Source: Yuukianura sp. NJ FZ-2021 (lineage: Eukaryota). From it: DNA of 64,000 nt. Shown in pieces: positions 1 to 13,408 of this stretch. Position 1 is the stretch's first letter. The number at the start of each line of letters is the position of its first letter. The notes under the pieces are model-generated. The model had not been told where the DNA came from and searched no databases. It saw only the letters and a program-made list of their open reading frames with translations. The translations under genes were made by a program, and so were the position numbers. The stretch spans positions 11,470,001 to 11,534,000 of the forward strand of contig CM102286.1 in NCBI GenBank assembly GCA_046563655.1, in the 5' to 3' direction.

Positions 1-245
1 CCTACGGTTCCAGAGATACTGACAATTTAAGTTTCGAAATGGCGCCCCTCGTCCTACTCAGGAAAGTATGACATACTTTGTGTTTTCCTCCGAGTCTGTC
101 TGTCTGTCTGTCGGCCTGTCTGTCTGTCTGCACTAGAACTAACTATACCCTCGACACCATTGGACCGATTTGCAATCTGGCTTGCAAATCAGTTTATCAT
201 AGCCTGGGGGTGATTAATGCGGCTCCGGTTTGACCGGAAGTCGAC
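1..245 (+). mobile_element. Fragment of a DINE-1/Helentron-like non-autonomous repeat with a (GTCT)n microsatellite; truncated by the window edge
   Basis: (TCTG)n tract at ~94-130. Bases 1-47 and ~150-240 resemble the reverse complement of 62790-62835 and 62960-63050 (cctacggttc.agagata...aaatggcg; ggaccgattt.caatctg...ggtttgaccggaagt). Confidence 0.6.
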
Positions 246-1216
246 AATTTCCGGGTTGTCACTAGCTTCCTTTCGCTACTTACGTACGGCGTTTACAACG
301 GTTTATTGGTAAAAGGCTCACTCAACGAAAATTGTTCTTCTTCGAAACGCTTGAAATTACCTACTGCATTTTTGAAACGTGATAACAAAAATTTTCAGTT
401 TTTATATAATATTTAAATCAAAGTCAAGCAGCGATTTTCCGAAGATATTGCAATAATTGTATAAATATTTTTAATCACTATTACCCGGATATTTAATCAA
501 TTAATTGCGCGGTTGAATATAATATATAAGGTGGGTAACATAATTTTTGATGTCCCTAATAAACAACAAAGCGAAAATGATTAAAAAATATTTGTGTTTA
601 CTGCAATGATACTCTTGCTAAAACAAACCAACTTAATAGTACTGCACTAAAGAGTTATTAGTTGTGCGTGAAGTTTTCAACAAGTACCTAGAACAATAAG
701 GCATTCAAGAATAAAGCAAAATGATATGAACAAAATCACTATTAAATGTATTAGCCTGTGCAGAAAAGTCCACTTAACTCTATGTACAAATATTGTTGAC
801 TTCTAATGCCAGCTAAAATGGTTGTAGGGTAGCCATATTGTTGTCAAACTGCTGACATATTTTGCTGCCGGAGGTACGCCGTGCTTCCCGTTAATCATTC
901 ACCGAAACAAAAAATCTATTCAATACTTTGACAATTTAATAGCTGTTAGCGGTATAAGGCGTATTAGGTTGACGCCTTCAATATCATTAATGTTTGTGAC
1001 ATTAGCATTACAAGGTGAAAGTTGAGATCGTTTTACGCACATGCGTACAGAGTAGAGAATTTTTTTTAAAATATCTTTTAGATTTTTAAGGTTTAAGTCT
1101 TTCCATATCTGCATATTACACAACGTGTTATATTTACGTCTTTTAAAAAACAGGCTAGGTGACTATACAAGTTACGAGCGTTGGTTTTACTCTAGAATTC
1201 ATTTTAGATAATTCAA

Positions 1217-4200
1217 CTATACCATTGACCGTGCAGTTTTTCGTGTAAACGGTATATTTTGGTAAGTATGTCGCCGTGATTGCCGAAGCGTTTGAATTCT
1301 AGGCGCAGGAAGAGGCGCTGGTTTCCACGATTCCATTTCCGTTGCTGCAACAATTTGAGAAATATTGGGATTATCATTACCCGTGTTTTCTGCATAAGTG
1401 TCTAATTTTCGTTCGCTTGGAAGTTCCTTGGTACGAGTTTCACTCATGCCATATTTGGAAGGTGATACCAACACTTCCGGCTTCTTCTGCTTTGGTGACA
1501 AGTTTGTTTTCGTGGGTATGCGGGATTTCTTACAAAGTTCCCTTGTGGGACTCATACTATGAACAATCGGGGGAGGCCTTTGACCTGTACTATTGTTACG
1601 CCTAGCTCTCAAATGACTAACACTTTGCGAAACGGTGGACGGTTCTACAGTATCCAGCATATTTGAACACGAAACAGGTTCTTGTCCATGGAATACATGA
1701 GATGAACCTTTGAGTTTTTGATTGTTTTGTGCAGAAATAGAAGAAGCTCTCCGTGGCATAACGGTAGCCAATTTTTCGTATTTTTTGTAAGGAAGGGTGG
1801 GTGTGGAAGATGTGGCGTTGAACGTAAAAGTACTTCCCCTTTTGATACCATTCTTAAGCATTGGATCATTGATGTGCTTCGATTCAGTATGAACTGGAAT
1901 GCCATTTGATTTGTGCTGCATCTCGACAACGCGAGTAGTAGGTAGTTTCGGCGTAACGCCAGAAGTGGTATGGACTTTTAAGCCGTCATTATCATTATGA
2001 AGTGAACCGTACGATTGTGACCAGAAAGTTGGTGTTGGAGAATGCATTTCAGTGTTAGATTCAGATGCACACGCAACAGGTTGTTTTGAGTTTACATTCA
2101 ACTGAAAATTAATCAAAAGCACGAGCAAGAAATAGCGTTAGAAGGTCACACAAAATCAAATCAATGTTTAGTTCTATTTTAGTGCGGTTCTCGGGTTTTG
2201 TTCAGAAATTTCCGTTTCCGACTTCTGAACATAAAGAAGTGTACTGTTTTGTGATACCACAAATAAAAACGTTTGTTGTATTAAAGCGGATTTGCATTGG
2301 ACGAAATAATAAAAACGTGGTATACCAACAATTTACGTATACGCGAGAATCTGAATTTAACTTAGAAAATTAATTTACCATGTTTTTTGTTAATTTGTGG
2401 TAAATGTTTGAGTATAAAATTTTAAAATTCGTTTTTATTAAATGAGTTGAGTTATATCAGTTGCAGTTAACAAATTCTCTTTTGTGCACGGGTGTCTATG
2501 TTTAGACCGAAGAAAAACTCCGCGGAACGGCATTAAAGTAGAACCTAGTTACATAACGCAGTATAATGAAAATCTTACTTACCTCATCCGACTCTGGTGC
2601 TTGAAGCCCATGAAAAGGTAAGTTCTCGTAATACGCTTTACCGTCATCTAGCAAATCACCCTTGCCTTCAGATGCATTGAGATCTGAAACAGAGAACAAA
2701 ATCACTTCAGAACTACTAACACGTTTAGCTCATTTTTTTTAGAAGCTGTTCCCTTAAATGATGAGATAGAAGTTGGTACTAACTAAAGAATGGAATATTG
2801 TTTCCTAGCATCAACTTTTCCGAACCAATTCCGTAGCTATCGTCTTACCGTTTGCTACACTCTTGGTCTTCCCAGCAAACGTATCCGTGACTGATTCTGG
2901 TATTAAGGAGAAAACATGAACACAGTATTTTAGTAAGCAAATACGCAAGACTTGTAAAGCATATACATAAATAGTCAGGCAACTTTATAGTGAACGCGGT
3001 TCATTATTGGCGATCTGCTCCAACATTCTACAGTACTATGGAACTCTTACCAGAAGAAGAATTAGTAATATTAGTTGGTAAAGTAGAGCCTTTTCTCCCA
3101 AAGCTAAATCCGTCAATAGGACCACTCAAGCTCTTGCTCAGACTATGAAGTCCATTTACATGTAAATGAACCCCCGGTTTTATTGGCCACTTATTCGCTT
3201 CTGAGGTGCTATCTTCGAATTCGTGCGACTGGCTCCTAGAAAGTGCCCGGGAATCGGACTCCGTTAAATTGTCACCCTGGTAGCAGCAACAGCCTTCAGG
3301 ACTAAAGATATATGTGAACGGAATTATAATTGTGCAAACCTAAGAACTGTTGTGAGGAAAAGCATACAAAAGCCAGTCTAAGACTATGAAAGTTTATGCC
3401 ATAAATTCAAAAATCATGAAAGATTTGAAATTGTTGAGGTCACCTTTTAAGAAATCAACAGAATTCCCATTGTTTAGCTTTTTTAAAGCGAACCGCCTTC
3501 GTATGCATACTTATGTCTTAAGCGAAACCGAAACCGAAAAGGCGTAAAGATACTCGAATTCGAATGCTGACTATAAAAGAGGAGCACAGTGAGCACGAGC
3601 AGTGATGAAGATCACAAATGGCGAAACCTGAAGTCACTTACTTCTCTCTTTCTCCACACTGCTTCTGCGTACTGTGATAACCTTGAACACAAATTTCCAA
3701 TAAAAGTCAAGTATTCAGTGGACGTTTACTTTCGCATGTAACACAAAACGAAGAGAAAAAAATCAAAAAGCAAGGTATGGGTAAAAAAGACTACCGGACA
3801 TGCTTTTTATCTGTCGCTGATTTACAGTAACACTGGCATCAAATGGTTTGAGAAAAGTTATGCACTAACACTAGCTTTATGTCCAACATAAATTGAAAGC
3901 GAACGAAGAACCAAGCACGAAGCTTGCTAGTAGTTACTATAGTCACACACTGAAAAAGCTTCAAGCATGGAAAACACAAATGGTGCATTCCACTTACCGA
4001 AATTCTTGTGACAGAACTTTATGTATTTACGTATACGTATCTATCTAATGTATGTTATGCATGTAGTGAATTTTCCCGAACCCAGAATGGTAGCAAAATT
4101 ATATAAATAAAATTGATATTCATGAGTGTGACTGGGGAGATATTTTGACTCAAAAACATGATTAACTTACTTTTTTTGTTCCCTTGTTTCCTGCGACAAA

Positions 4201-7200
4201 CGCAGCATATGAAGACGCAGATGATCAACATCAGTAGTATCACAGCTACAGCCACCAGTACATATGTAAGCAGAAGGGAGTTGTCTGCAGCAGCAGCTAA
4301 TGGGAACCAACTTCCTGTATAAAATATTTTTAAAAAAATAGATAAGCAAAAGCGTGTTACTCTATACGCAATTTTTCGGTAATTTCAGTCCAACGACGCA
4401 ATTTGCAAAATGCTGCATTGCATTAATATAAACTAACCTGGAATTGTGAAGTTGCACGAATACAAGCCAACGCTGTTTTTAGCATCACATCGGTAATTTC
4501 CCACTGATTCCCGTGAAAGACTCAATTCAATGACACTTTCTAATGCAGTGGTCTTCACTTCATTTTGATTCGAGAACAACGATTCGTCGAAAAACCACTG
4601 AAACTCAACACTGCTCGGATTCGCTTGAGCTTTGCACACTAATTTTCTTGTGTTTTCTTCATCTTCAATATCAATTTTGCATTCTGGGGCGTCTATAATT
4701 TAAAAACAAACTATGGATTTTCTGGCATAATTTTTTCCAACTGGAATTTGAATATAATATTCTTAGCACTCAAATTGTTAGCCATTGAGTTTGAAAGCAA
4801 GTAACTATATATAAAAATACTTACTTAATTCATACATTACAATATGAAGTTTAGATAAAAATGTGATAAAACTCACAGTGAACATTTATGGTAACTTTCG
4901 CAGAGATTTCTCCGTAAGAATTATGAGCAGTGCACTCGTAGTCGCCTCCTTGAATCCGCTTGAGGGAATAATTTAGAGACAAAATATTGCTGTCTGAGAC
5001 TACTTCATCACCATATTTCCAAACGTATGTCGGTTTCGGTGATCCATTGGATAAACAAGTCACGGTTTCTGGATACTCGTTTTCAGTGACGTTCAAAACA
5101 GACGTAGAAACTGTAATGTTCTCGGGAGGATCTGTAATCAAAATGACGGACTAAAACATAACATGTTTGGCATTCTCCACACGCTTAATCTTAATATTTG
5201 CGATTTCCGGAAACAAATTTACCTACATTCAACTCTGAGCTGCGTTGTGCTGATTTCTGGTGCACCATATTCGTTTGCTGAACTTTGACAAGTATAATTG
5301 TCATTCACAAATCCTCCGTGCAATGATCCGTTTAGTAACTGCTCCACATTCCAGGATAAAGTGGAAATAATTGATTCAAACTGGTTTTTAGCAATGTCGC
5401 TGCGCAGCCTTGTATTTCTGACGGTGTATTGAATATCACGAAAACTGATTGGAATACCATTTTTGAGCCAATAAATCTCGCATGCAGGGTGACATTCCAC
5501 TTGGCATGTCAATTTCAGTTCTGATGAGTTCCATCGGACTCCATACTCTTCAGGCAGTGATGTAATGAACTTTGGAGGGGCTGAAAAATCGAAACGGTGT
5601 AAATTTAATGTGAGTTTAAATTAAACTCTTGTTGGTAGTACATGTAACTTAACGAGTTATTTATTTGCTTTGTACAGAAAAAGAGACTTTACCAAACACA
5701 TCAATTAGTACACTTCCCATTACACTGCTTCCAGCCAAGTTGATGGCTTCGCAGCTGAAGTTCGTTCGATGTTCGACAGATACAGGGAAGATCGTCCAGT
5801 TAAATGAAGTTTGATTTTGTTCCAAAGTATCCCCCCGCCACCACCGGAATCTAGTGATTTCAGGTCTTCCAGGATATTCCACTTTGCAACGAAGGTGGAG
5901 CATTCGCCCCTTCACAGGAATTAGAGGCTCAAACTCTACCGTAGGCATACCCGGTGGATCTAGAACCCATGCAATTCATTGAGCGATGACAAAGGCATAC
6001 ATATGTCGACTAATTACAATAGGTACATACAGTGAACCACCAAAGCTGAGGGTGGTGACAGTTCTCCCCAACCGGCTTCGTTCCTAGCCCGGCACTGGTA
6101 GGCACCATGAAACTCCCGATGTACAGCTTGCAGTACCAGCTGTATGGGAGGCTGTGGGTTGCAAGACTCTTGGGATGAGTCTAAATCACTTTCCGATGTG
6201 TTGGAACATACTGGCGGAACGTCGAGCAGTTCATTTCCAAAATACCAGTTGACAGCGTCAAGGACTTCTGGATTCCCCGACTGTAGTTCACAGCTTAATG
6301 TGACGTTCGTTTCATCCTGTTCGGTAATGGGACCGTGTGGTTCTATGGTTACAAGAACAGTGGGTCTGTCTAAAAGTGAAATAAGAAATAAAAAAATTAA
6401 ACGGGATAATAAAAATTTTAATGGGATGAATATTACAATATATGAACATACTTCGCTATGTACGAGACCTAAATCTAAATTCGCAAGGATAACTCTTGAA
6501 CGCTTTAGGAAATTATTTTGTGCAGAATAAGCACTCATAGCTGGGATAATCTTTAGAATGGGTACGCGTTCTTTGTGCAATATTTAGTCAAATCCAAGGT
6601 TGGTTAGATTCAAAGAAGACAACGCTTTAAAGTAGACATTTAGACATTTTGTTTCTGATTTCTAATACGACTTATTGTTGTGAACGAAATATTGGCTGGA
6701 AAAACATAAGAAGTTACTACAATATGGCATTATCATAGGTAGGCTTGGTTTCTACTCACAGAGAACGTTGACGTTGGCCAAAGCTTCAGACTTTGTTTCT
6801 CCAATAAGATTCTGAATGGAACAGGTATAATTGCCCAAATCATATTTTGTTGCATTTTTGATGAGTAAATTAGGATTAAGCAGATTTCCACCCTCAAAGT
6901 GGAACGGGTCGTTGACATTTAGTAGCTGAGTGTTTTGAAACCTAGTAAATCAAAAAATTACCGTTATGTTATGCATACTTCAGATAAATCGCTAACGTAA
7001 CCACCGAAGCCATGGTTTACAATTAGCAGAAATCAGAAACTACATCGACCTGACTGATCCATTGAAAATCATTAAAAATATGAAATAACATACCAGCTAA
7101 CAGAAATTCTCTCCTGTGGATTGGCATCGTCTTCGCATTTCAGGTAGATGTCGCTTGTTTCGTTTACAGTGATGGCATTAGGAGATAAGGACACCACTGG

Positions 7201-10200
7201 TTTATCTGAAGCAGTCAGAAAATAGGTCAATAATACGCAGTGTTAAGATTCGCAACATTGTACGGCTAGCCTCGGTGCTCTGCGGCTCGTTATTTCGCAA
7301 AAGCAGTGAACATTAGTTCGCTTTATGTTTTTTCCCGAGTCTGTCCGTTCAACTCTTTGTTTTGTTTGATATAAACAAACAATAACAACGGATGACAACG
7401 AAACATCATGTAATTTGTGGGTATGACTCAATGGTAAAAATTATTAGCAATCTGAAAATACACATGCAAAGCTTACAGTAGACTTCGATTTGTTTCGTAG
7501 CCAAATAGGGAAGCCCACCCATGGATTCAAGGACGAGGTTTGAAGTTTGGCACCCGAACACAGCTCCGTTGTCGTAGCGGCTTACAGTAAAGGTGAGTCG
7601 ACTCTGTGTTTCGTATGTTCCAAAGGCCTAAATGGATATCAATCAAAAATATATAAAGTTAGTTTTAAATACAATATTATACTAACATGTGAAGAAAAAT
7701 GCTTCAAAGTTTCCTGACAAATTCGAATATTCATCTTGACGAATACGTGACCACTGTTACCTCGACTACTAAATTTGAGGTCGGTTGATGTGCGACGAGG
7801 GTAGTTCCGTTGTACCATGTAATATTCGCCGCTGGTCTGGCACCTTTAACTTGACAAAGGAGGGTTAAAGGACTTCCTTCTACAACTGAGGAGTTATATC
7901 CTGTAATTTCCCATGACGATGGCCGAACTAACGTAAGAGAAACGTAAATTTACGTAGTATCAAGCTACACTCCAACCTCTACCACAAAGCATATACACAG
8001 ATTTACATTACATAATAACTTACCATTAACGTCTACCTTAACCCAAGATACCATTGGTGATGTTAGTACAGGGCTTGTAGCTTGACACTCCAGTTTGCTA
8101 CCGAGCTCCTCTCGTCCTAACTTTAATTGAATTTGTATAGATGCGATGCCTGTTTTCTCTTGATCGTCCACATTACTGTATTGATCTATAGGCAAAGGAA
8201 CTTATAAATCATTGAGATAACGATATTTGAGGACGGCAATTTCGGAAGTACATGCATTACACAATATAATATGCGTGGTTGTGTAACATTAATGTACTTG
8301 GTCAAAAGAATATCGCGTAATACCACGCTAACTAAAACGTAATGGTGGATCGAATTGCGATTAGTCATACTTCTTGCAGAAATGTAATTTAGTCATTAGG
8401 TAGAATGCGGTACTGCCAAATTTATATGTCCTTAAGATTAGGGCATAATATTCCGGACGTGTTAATAACGTATATTCAAACTAATACTTTGTACATGTAG
8501 TCAAAAAATTTGTTATGACTAGATTCGAAGTGTGTACGTACTCATATAATAATCATGGCGTTACCTTTTATTTGAATCCCGTCTTTAAACCAATTTAAGA
8601 TTGCCACCGGTTTTCCACCCTTCGAACTGCACATGAGGGTGATGTCCGTTCCTTCGCTAAATGGACCAATCACTGTAGCATTTGCCGCTTCTGTTCCATC
8701 TACGTACTCTAAGCGCAATGTCTCCGGCTTCGCTAAAGTTCAGAAAATGATTAGAAATTTCAATTTGAGTCACCTTTTGCAAACATAAAGTTTAAGATCT
8801 ATTTTTTGACAGTAATTTATCAAATTAAATGTTGTACATGAAGTTACCAAATGTGTTGAGGCGAATGTATTGAAGTAAGGTACAATGCTCTCTGGCTTCT
8901 AAGTATGTTACTTCGCATGTATATAAATGTTCATCTGTTGTTACGACTGGATCGACTTCCAATACAGCCAAACCTGAATCTTCTTTTATTTGAAAAGTGG
9001 CTCTGAAATCCAGAGAAATTAACTAAAGTTAATGACAAATTCATTTTTTTATTAACATTTACTTTCCCTAAAGGCTCGAAGCCCATGACAAATCCATATC
9101 ACATAAATCAATTCTAGCAACCAACTCGTAAAGTTCAGAGAAGAATTACCTTCCAGCTAGGCCATGTTCTGCTTTGGAGATGTTTCCGATTTGGCTAAAG
9201 ATATATACTCGTTGAAAGCCACGGTGCCATTTGATGGAATGAATTGGGCCACAACTGTCCTGGTTTAATTGACATTGTAGAGTGGCCTTCTCTCCAGCAA
9301 TTGCCGACACTTCAGTCGGAGTCGCTACAACTGCAAAAGACCAATCGACAGTTCATTGAAATAATAGTCAAGCGACAACAAAGATCATATTTTTAAGTTA
9401 TGATATTATAGTGGAGCTATGATATTGTGTCATTTTTCGACATACAACGGCGTTCAATATTACAACAGTTTTAATTTTCGCTAGAACTTTACAAGTTCTA
9501 CAAATTGGCCGTTTTCCTGGATTGGAAAGCCAGAAATTGACAAGCTTTTCTACTTAATTCAGATAATTTTGGGATTTGGAATGTTTGTTACCTAGTTTGG
9601 AGGTAGACAAATTGACTCTAGATAAATTAACTGTATACGAAATTGAGCTTACAAATTTACCTACTTTGGAATATAATAAAAGAGTTTTCCTTATCCTCAC
9701 ATCAAATTAGCACACGTCAAATTGAAAACATTTTTTTAAGCTCACGCTTCTCTCTCCAATTGTTTCTTTTTGGTCTGTTGTAGTATTTAATACTTTAATT
9801 TTTGTACCGGAAATCAGAACCTAGATTGACGAACATAAAACTTGAAATTGTTACTTCGTTGACATTATGACTTTCCTCAATCTCATACGCCACTTCCCAC
9901 AAACCTTTGCCTCTTGTAGGCGAAAGTACTTGGGTAATACTAAATACATACACTTTTACATCACTGTGATACCTGAGAGGTTATTTACACACAAATATTC
10001 CATATCATTTGGCCAAAAGTGAAATGGTCAGAGGTCAAAAGGCCAGAAGTGAAATAGCCAAAATATGAAAAGGCCAAAAAGTGAAAAGATCAGAATTATA
10101 AATGATCAATCCTTACTAAATTTTTTTGCTAACTTAAACCACCCGCACGATTGCTTGACATTCTCATAGCAGTAGGTTAGTGCAATACTTCTACATTAAA

Positions 10201-13200
10201 AATACAGTATAATTAATTTCAATTCAGTTAAGCTCAAATAACAAAAAAAAATCTATTAGGTCGTCGCCTGCCAAACCAGCATAACCGTTGAAGACATGGA
10301 TCACATACAGAAACACTACTAGAGGAAGCCTTAATACTAACAAGAGGCTCAAGTTTGTTGTATTTTAGCATCCGGAACCCAGGATATGCAAAGTCGAGGT
10401 GCCAGACCTTTCACTCCTTTAATCCTTCATTTTGTAAGAGTTTGAAAGTTCTTTTAACTTTTTGGCGCGCTTCCCGATTCCACTGCCAAGAGCCATTGCT
10501 GCAAAACGCGTGGTAGCTTAATTCAAACCTCCCATTCTGGATTTGGGTTGATTCCTCGTAGACTGGTAACAAATTAGGCGCCTAATATGATTTGGTTATG
10601 TCGTATATGAGTAAAAAAGTTTATGAGTAATAATCTTAATATAGCCTAAGTATATATAGTTTTTTATGGAGGTTTGGGACAAAGAAAAGTAGCATTTGAT
10701 TCACACCCTCATCAAATCCGTTCAACGTTCAAAGGAAACTGAATTGTTCTGGATGGTTTTAGAATAAGAACAACAGGTGGAGAGTGTAAAGTCAGAATTT
10801 TCCCAGCTTAGTTCCACAGGAAGTGGAATCTTCCCACGCATCATCATTTTTCCACACGGTGGGTGGAAGCAACAGGATATGAACTTCCAACAGCCTCGTA
10901 TTAAGTTGGACCTTTCTTCTTATGTCTTTTAAAAAATTATAAACTGCGGTGAAGCGAGGTGGTTTACGCAACTTAAGCCCCTGGTGTAGTATTATTCGAC
11001 GCAAGCAAAATTTTATTTCACTTGAAAACTGTAAGTTTAGCATGCGTCTCTGGGAATAGGAGCGATGTTCATGGTAAACGTTGTGAAGCCCAATTTATAC
11101 TTTTTTCATTTCCTCACTTTTCCCGGGAAAAGTTTGTCGTAGGTCACGATTTTAACAAAAATTTCGTTACGTTTGTATATAAAATTCTGTTGTTATAGAC
11201 GCCTACGACAAACTTTTGCCTGGGAAACGTCAGGGAAACAAAAAGTATAAATTGGGCTTGAGATACTGCGAGTGATGCGCGTCAAAAGTTGTACCAATTT
11301 TTCTGAAAAAATTTTTTTCGAAAAATATTTCTGCTACACGTATGGTTTGGTGAGGTTTTCTAACCTATCCTTACCTAATCCAAGCTTAATTCTACCTAAA
11401 CTTAAAAATACAATAACTAGTCTGTTTTTTTTATGCAAAATTTTACTTTCAAAATTTTTCTCTAGAGGAAAAAAGTTTATTTTAAGCTTGTTTCATTTTT
11501 TATAACTCTATTATGAAATGAAGCTACTGAAATGACTAACGATAAGTTGGTTTGTGAGAACCAGTAATTCTTGACTCCAGGACCAAGATCACGCTAGGTT
11601 AATATTTTTTCTGTGGAAATATGACAATGACTCTAACAAAAGATGTTCCAATTTGGGAAACAATGTTTTTCGTAATTAACTACACATGATGATGAAGAAA
11701 TGAAGTTCATCACAATGACTTATTGGGAATGTAGACATGTCAGAATTCGAGTTTTGTTTGAAAAAAGTTTAGATCGGGGGAGGAAGCAGGTCATCATCTA
11801 TTCAAGCAGACGTAGAGAAGCAATACAACCGAGACAGGACTAAGAGAACTTCAAGTCGGGTGCCAAAAATAAAAGCCTAGTTTCGGATGCACACAAGTAC
11901 TAAAAAAGCAAGCATAATTTTTTAGACGGTTTTCTTCCAAATACAAACTATAATTAAACTTCCCAGCTATACCATTTCTTCCAAACGAAAAGATGTTACA
12001 AAGATGTTCCCAAGAATTGTTGAAAAAGCCGAAAATTACCCCAAAATATAAAAACCGCGAATGCGAACGCTTGTGAAGTTGAGCACTTTTTTTTAGGAAA
12101 GCGTAAACTCGTCACCGTCCAATTTTTTTTCTTCTAAATTGCGTTCTCAGAATCAAATTGCAGGGGAGGGGCAAGGAATCCGCCGTGGTTGTGGACATAG
12201 GTTTCGACTTTCACAACTTCTGACCTTTTAACTATCAACCAAGAATTGTTCGTCATTAAATCACACAATGTCGAGAGAACACATTGCAACCTCCTGAACC
12301 ATATCCAAACTACACTTCCTTCCGTTCCATCGTATGCCTTTCATTACTAGATTAATGCTAACTGTACTTTCCTTGTTAAAGGAAAGCGGTTTTAATAAGA
12401 TGCACGCACTACCGTGCAATCTCTGTCACCTATCTTCACAATGTCACCGTAGTTCCCTATCTCGTAACTCAACACCACACCGCTTTACGTAACAATTGCA
12501 ATGGTTGTTTTATTACGGTTACCATTTTCAGTAAATGACGTAAAGTGGTAATATTTTTTTCAAAATTTCTAAATCGTTTCACTAATATACTACGCATTCG
12601 TAGTTAATCCTGATGTAACAATATCCCTGGATACTATAATGGTACAAACGTCTATAATTACAAGTAACAGACGATTCAACCTTTCAACCTAACATAATAA
12701 TGCATACCGCTCTACGTTTACCTAAAGTGCAATATTTAGCATGACATTGACAATTACTAGCGATGGTAATCCCGACAGTTATCGGCACAAATTCATGTAA
12801 CATGCTAATGGATTGGTTTGTGTGAACGCATTAAAAATTATAATGTATGTAGTCGATTTACAAAAAAAAAAACTTTAAATTTACCGCGATTCCAATCGTA
12901 GCAGGTGAAATGGCCAAAAAGTGAAAATATCGCAATTGAAATGGCCAAGAAGTGAAAATGCCAAAATATAAAAATTCCTTTCACTTTCTGGCCATTTCAC
13001 TTATGTCGTTTTTACATTTTGGCATTTCTTACTTTTTGGCCATTTCATTTTTGACCTTTTCACATTTTGGGTATTTCACTTCTGGCATATTGTTTACTTT
13101 TGGTGAAAATTACGGTTTATGTTACAATAACAGTTCTAATAAGACTTCACGGCTTACTAAAACTTCGATTAATAAATCGCAGAATGATTTATTTTTAAAT

Positions 13201-13408
13201 CAAAAAATTAAATTAGAGGGACTAACTAATTAACCGATTAGCATTTGATAAGGCAAAAGTCAATTAAAGTTGAGAAAATAAACAAAAATAGAGTGAAAGC
13301 AATTCATGTTTTGGCGTAAACAATATCAGGCGACTTACCTTCAGTAATTCTTGAAGTCAAGCTCAGAATAATTAATAGCTTGAGATGAGACAATCCAATT
13401 CCGGCCAT
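1217..13408 (-). CDS. Multi-exon single-pass Ig-superfamily adhesion protein (~9 Ig domains; nephrin/sidestep/hemicentin-like)
   Basis: Signal-peptide exon 13339-13408 (MAGIGLSHLKLLIILSLTSRITE|gtaagt). It is followed by serial Ig exons with C...W...Y-x-C motifs (LQCQ..SIKWH at ~9150-9331; LSCEL..VNWY..GAYQCRARN; LRCKV..FRWW..FSCEAIN; GDYECTAHN; GNYRCDAKN), a TM exon at ~4170-4314 (VAVAVILLMLIICVFICC-VCRRK), a YYENLPF exon, and a low-complexity terminal exon ending at 1217. GT-AG boundaries are visible. Exact orthology is not determined. Confidence 0.85.
11087..11258. mobile_element. PIF/Harbinger-like MITE
   Basis: TIRs agcccaatttatacttttt / aaaaagtataaattgggct, a second inverted block aaaagtttgtcgtagg / cctacgacaaactttt, and a 3-bp direct repeat TGA at 11084-11086 and 11259-11261. 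Confidence 0.7.
12905..13090. repeat. Small foldback-like repeat of ~15-bp units (GTGAAATGGCCAAAA) in two inverted arms; a related single arm lies at ~10010-10092
   Basis: Degenerate tandem gtgaaatggccaaaa units are followed by their reverse complement (ttttggccatttcac). Confidence 0.55.
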
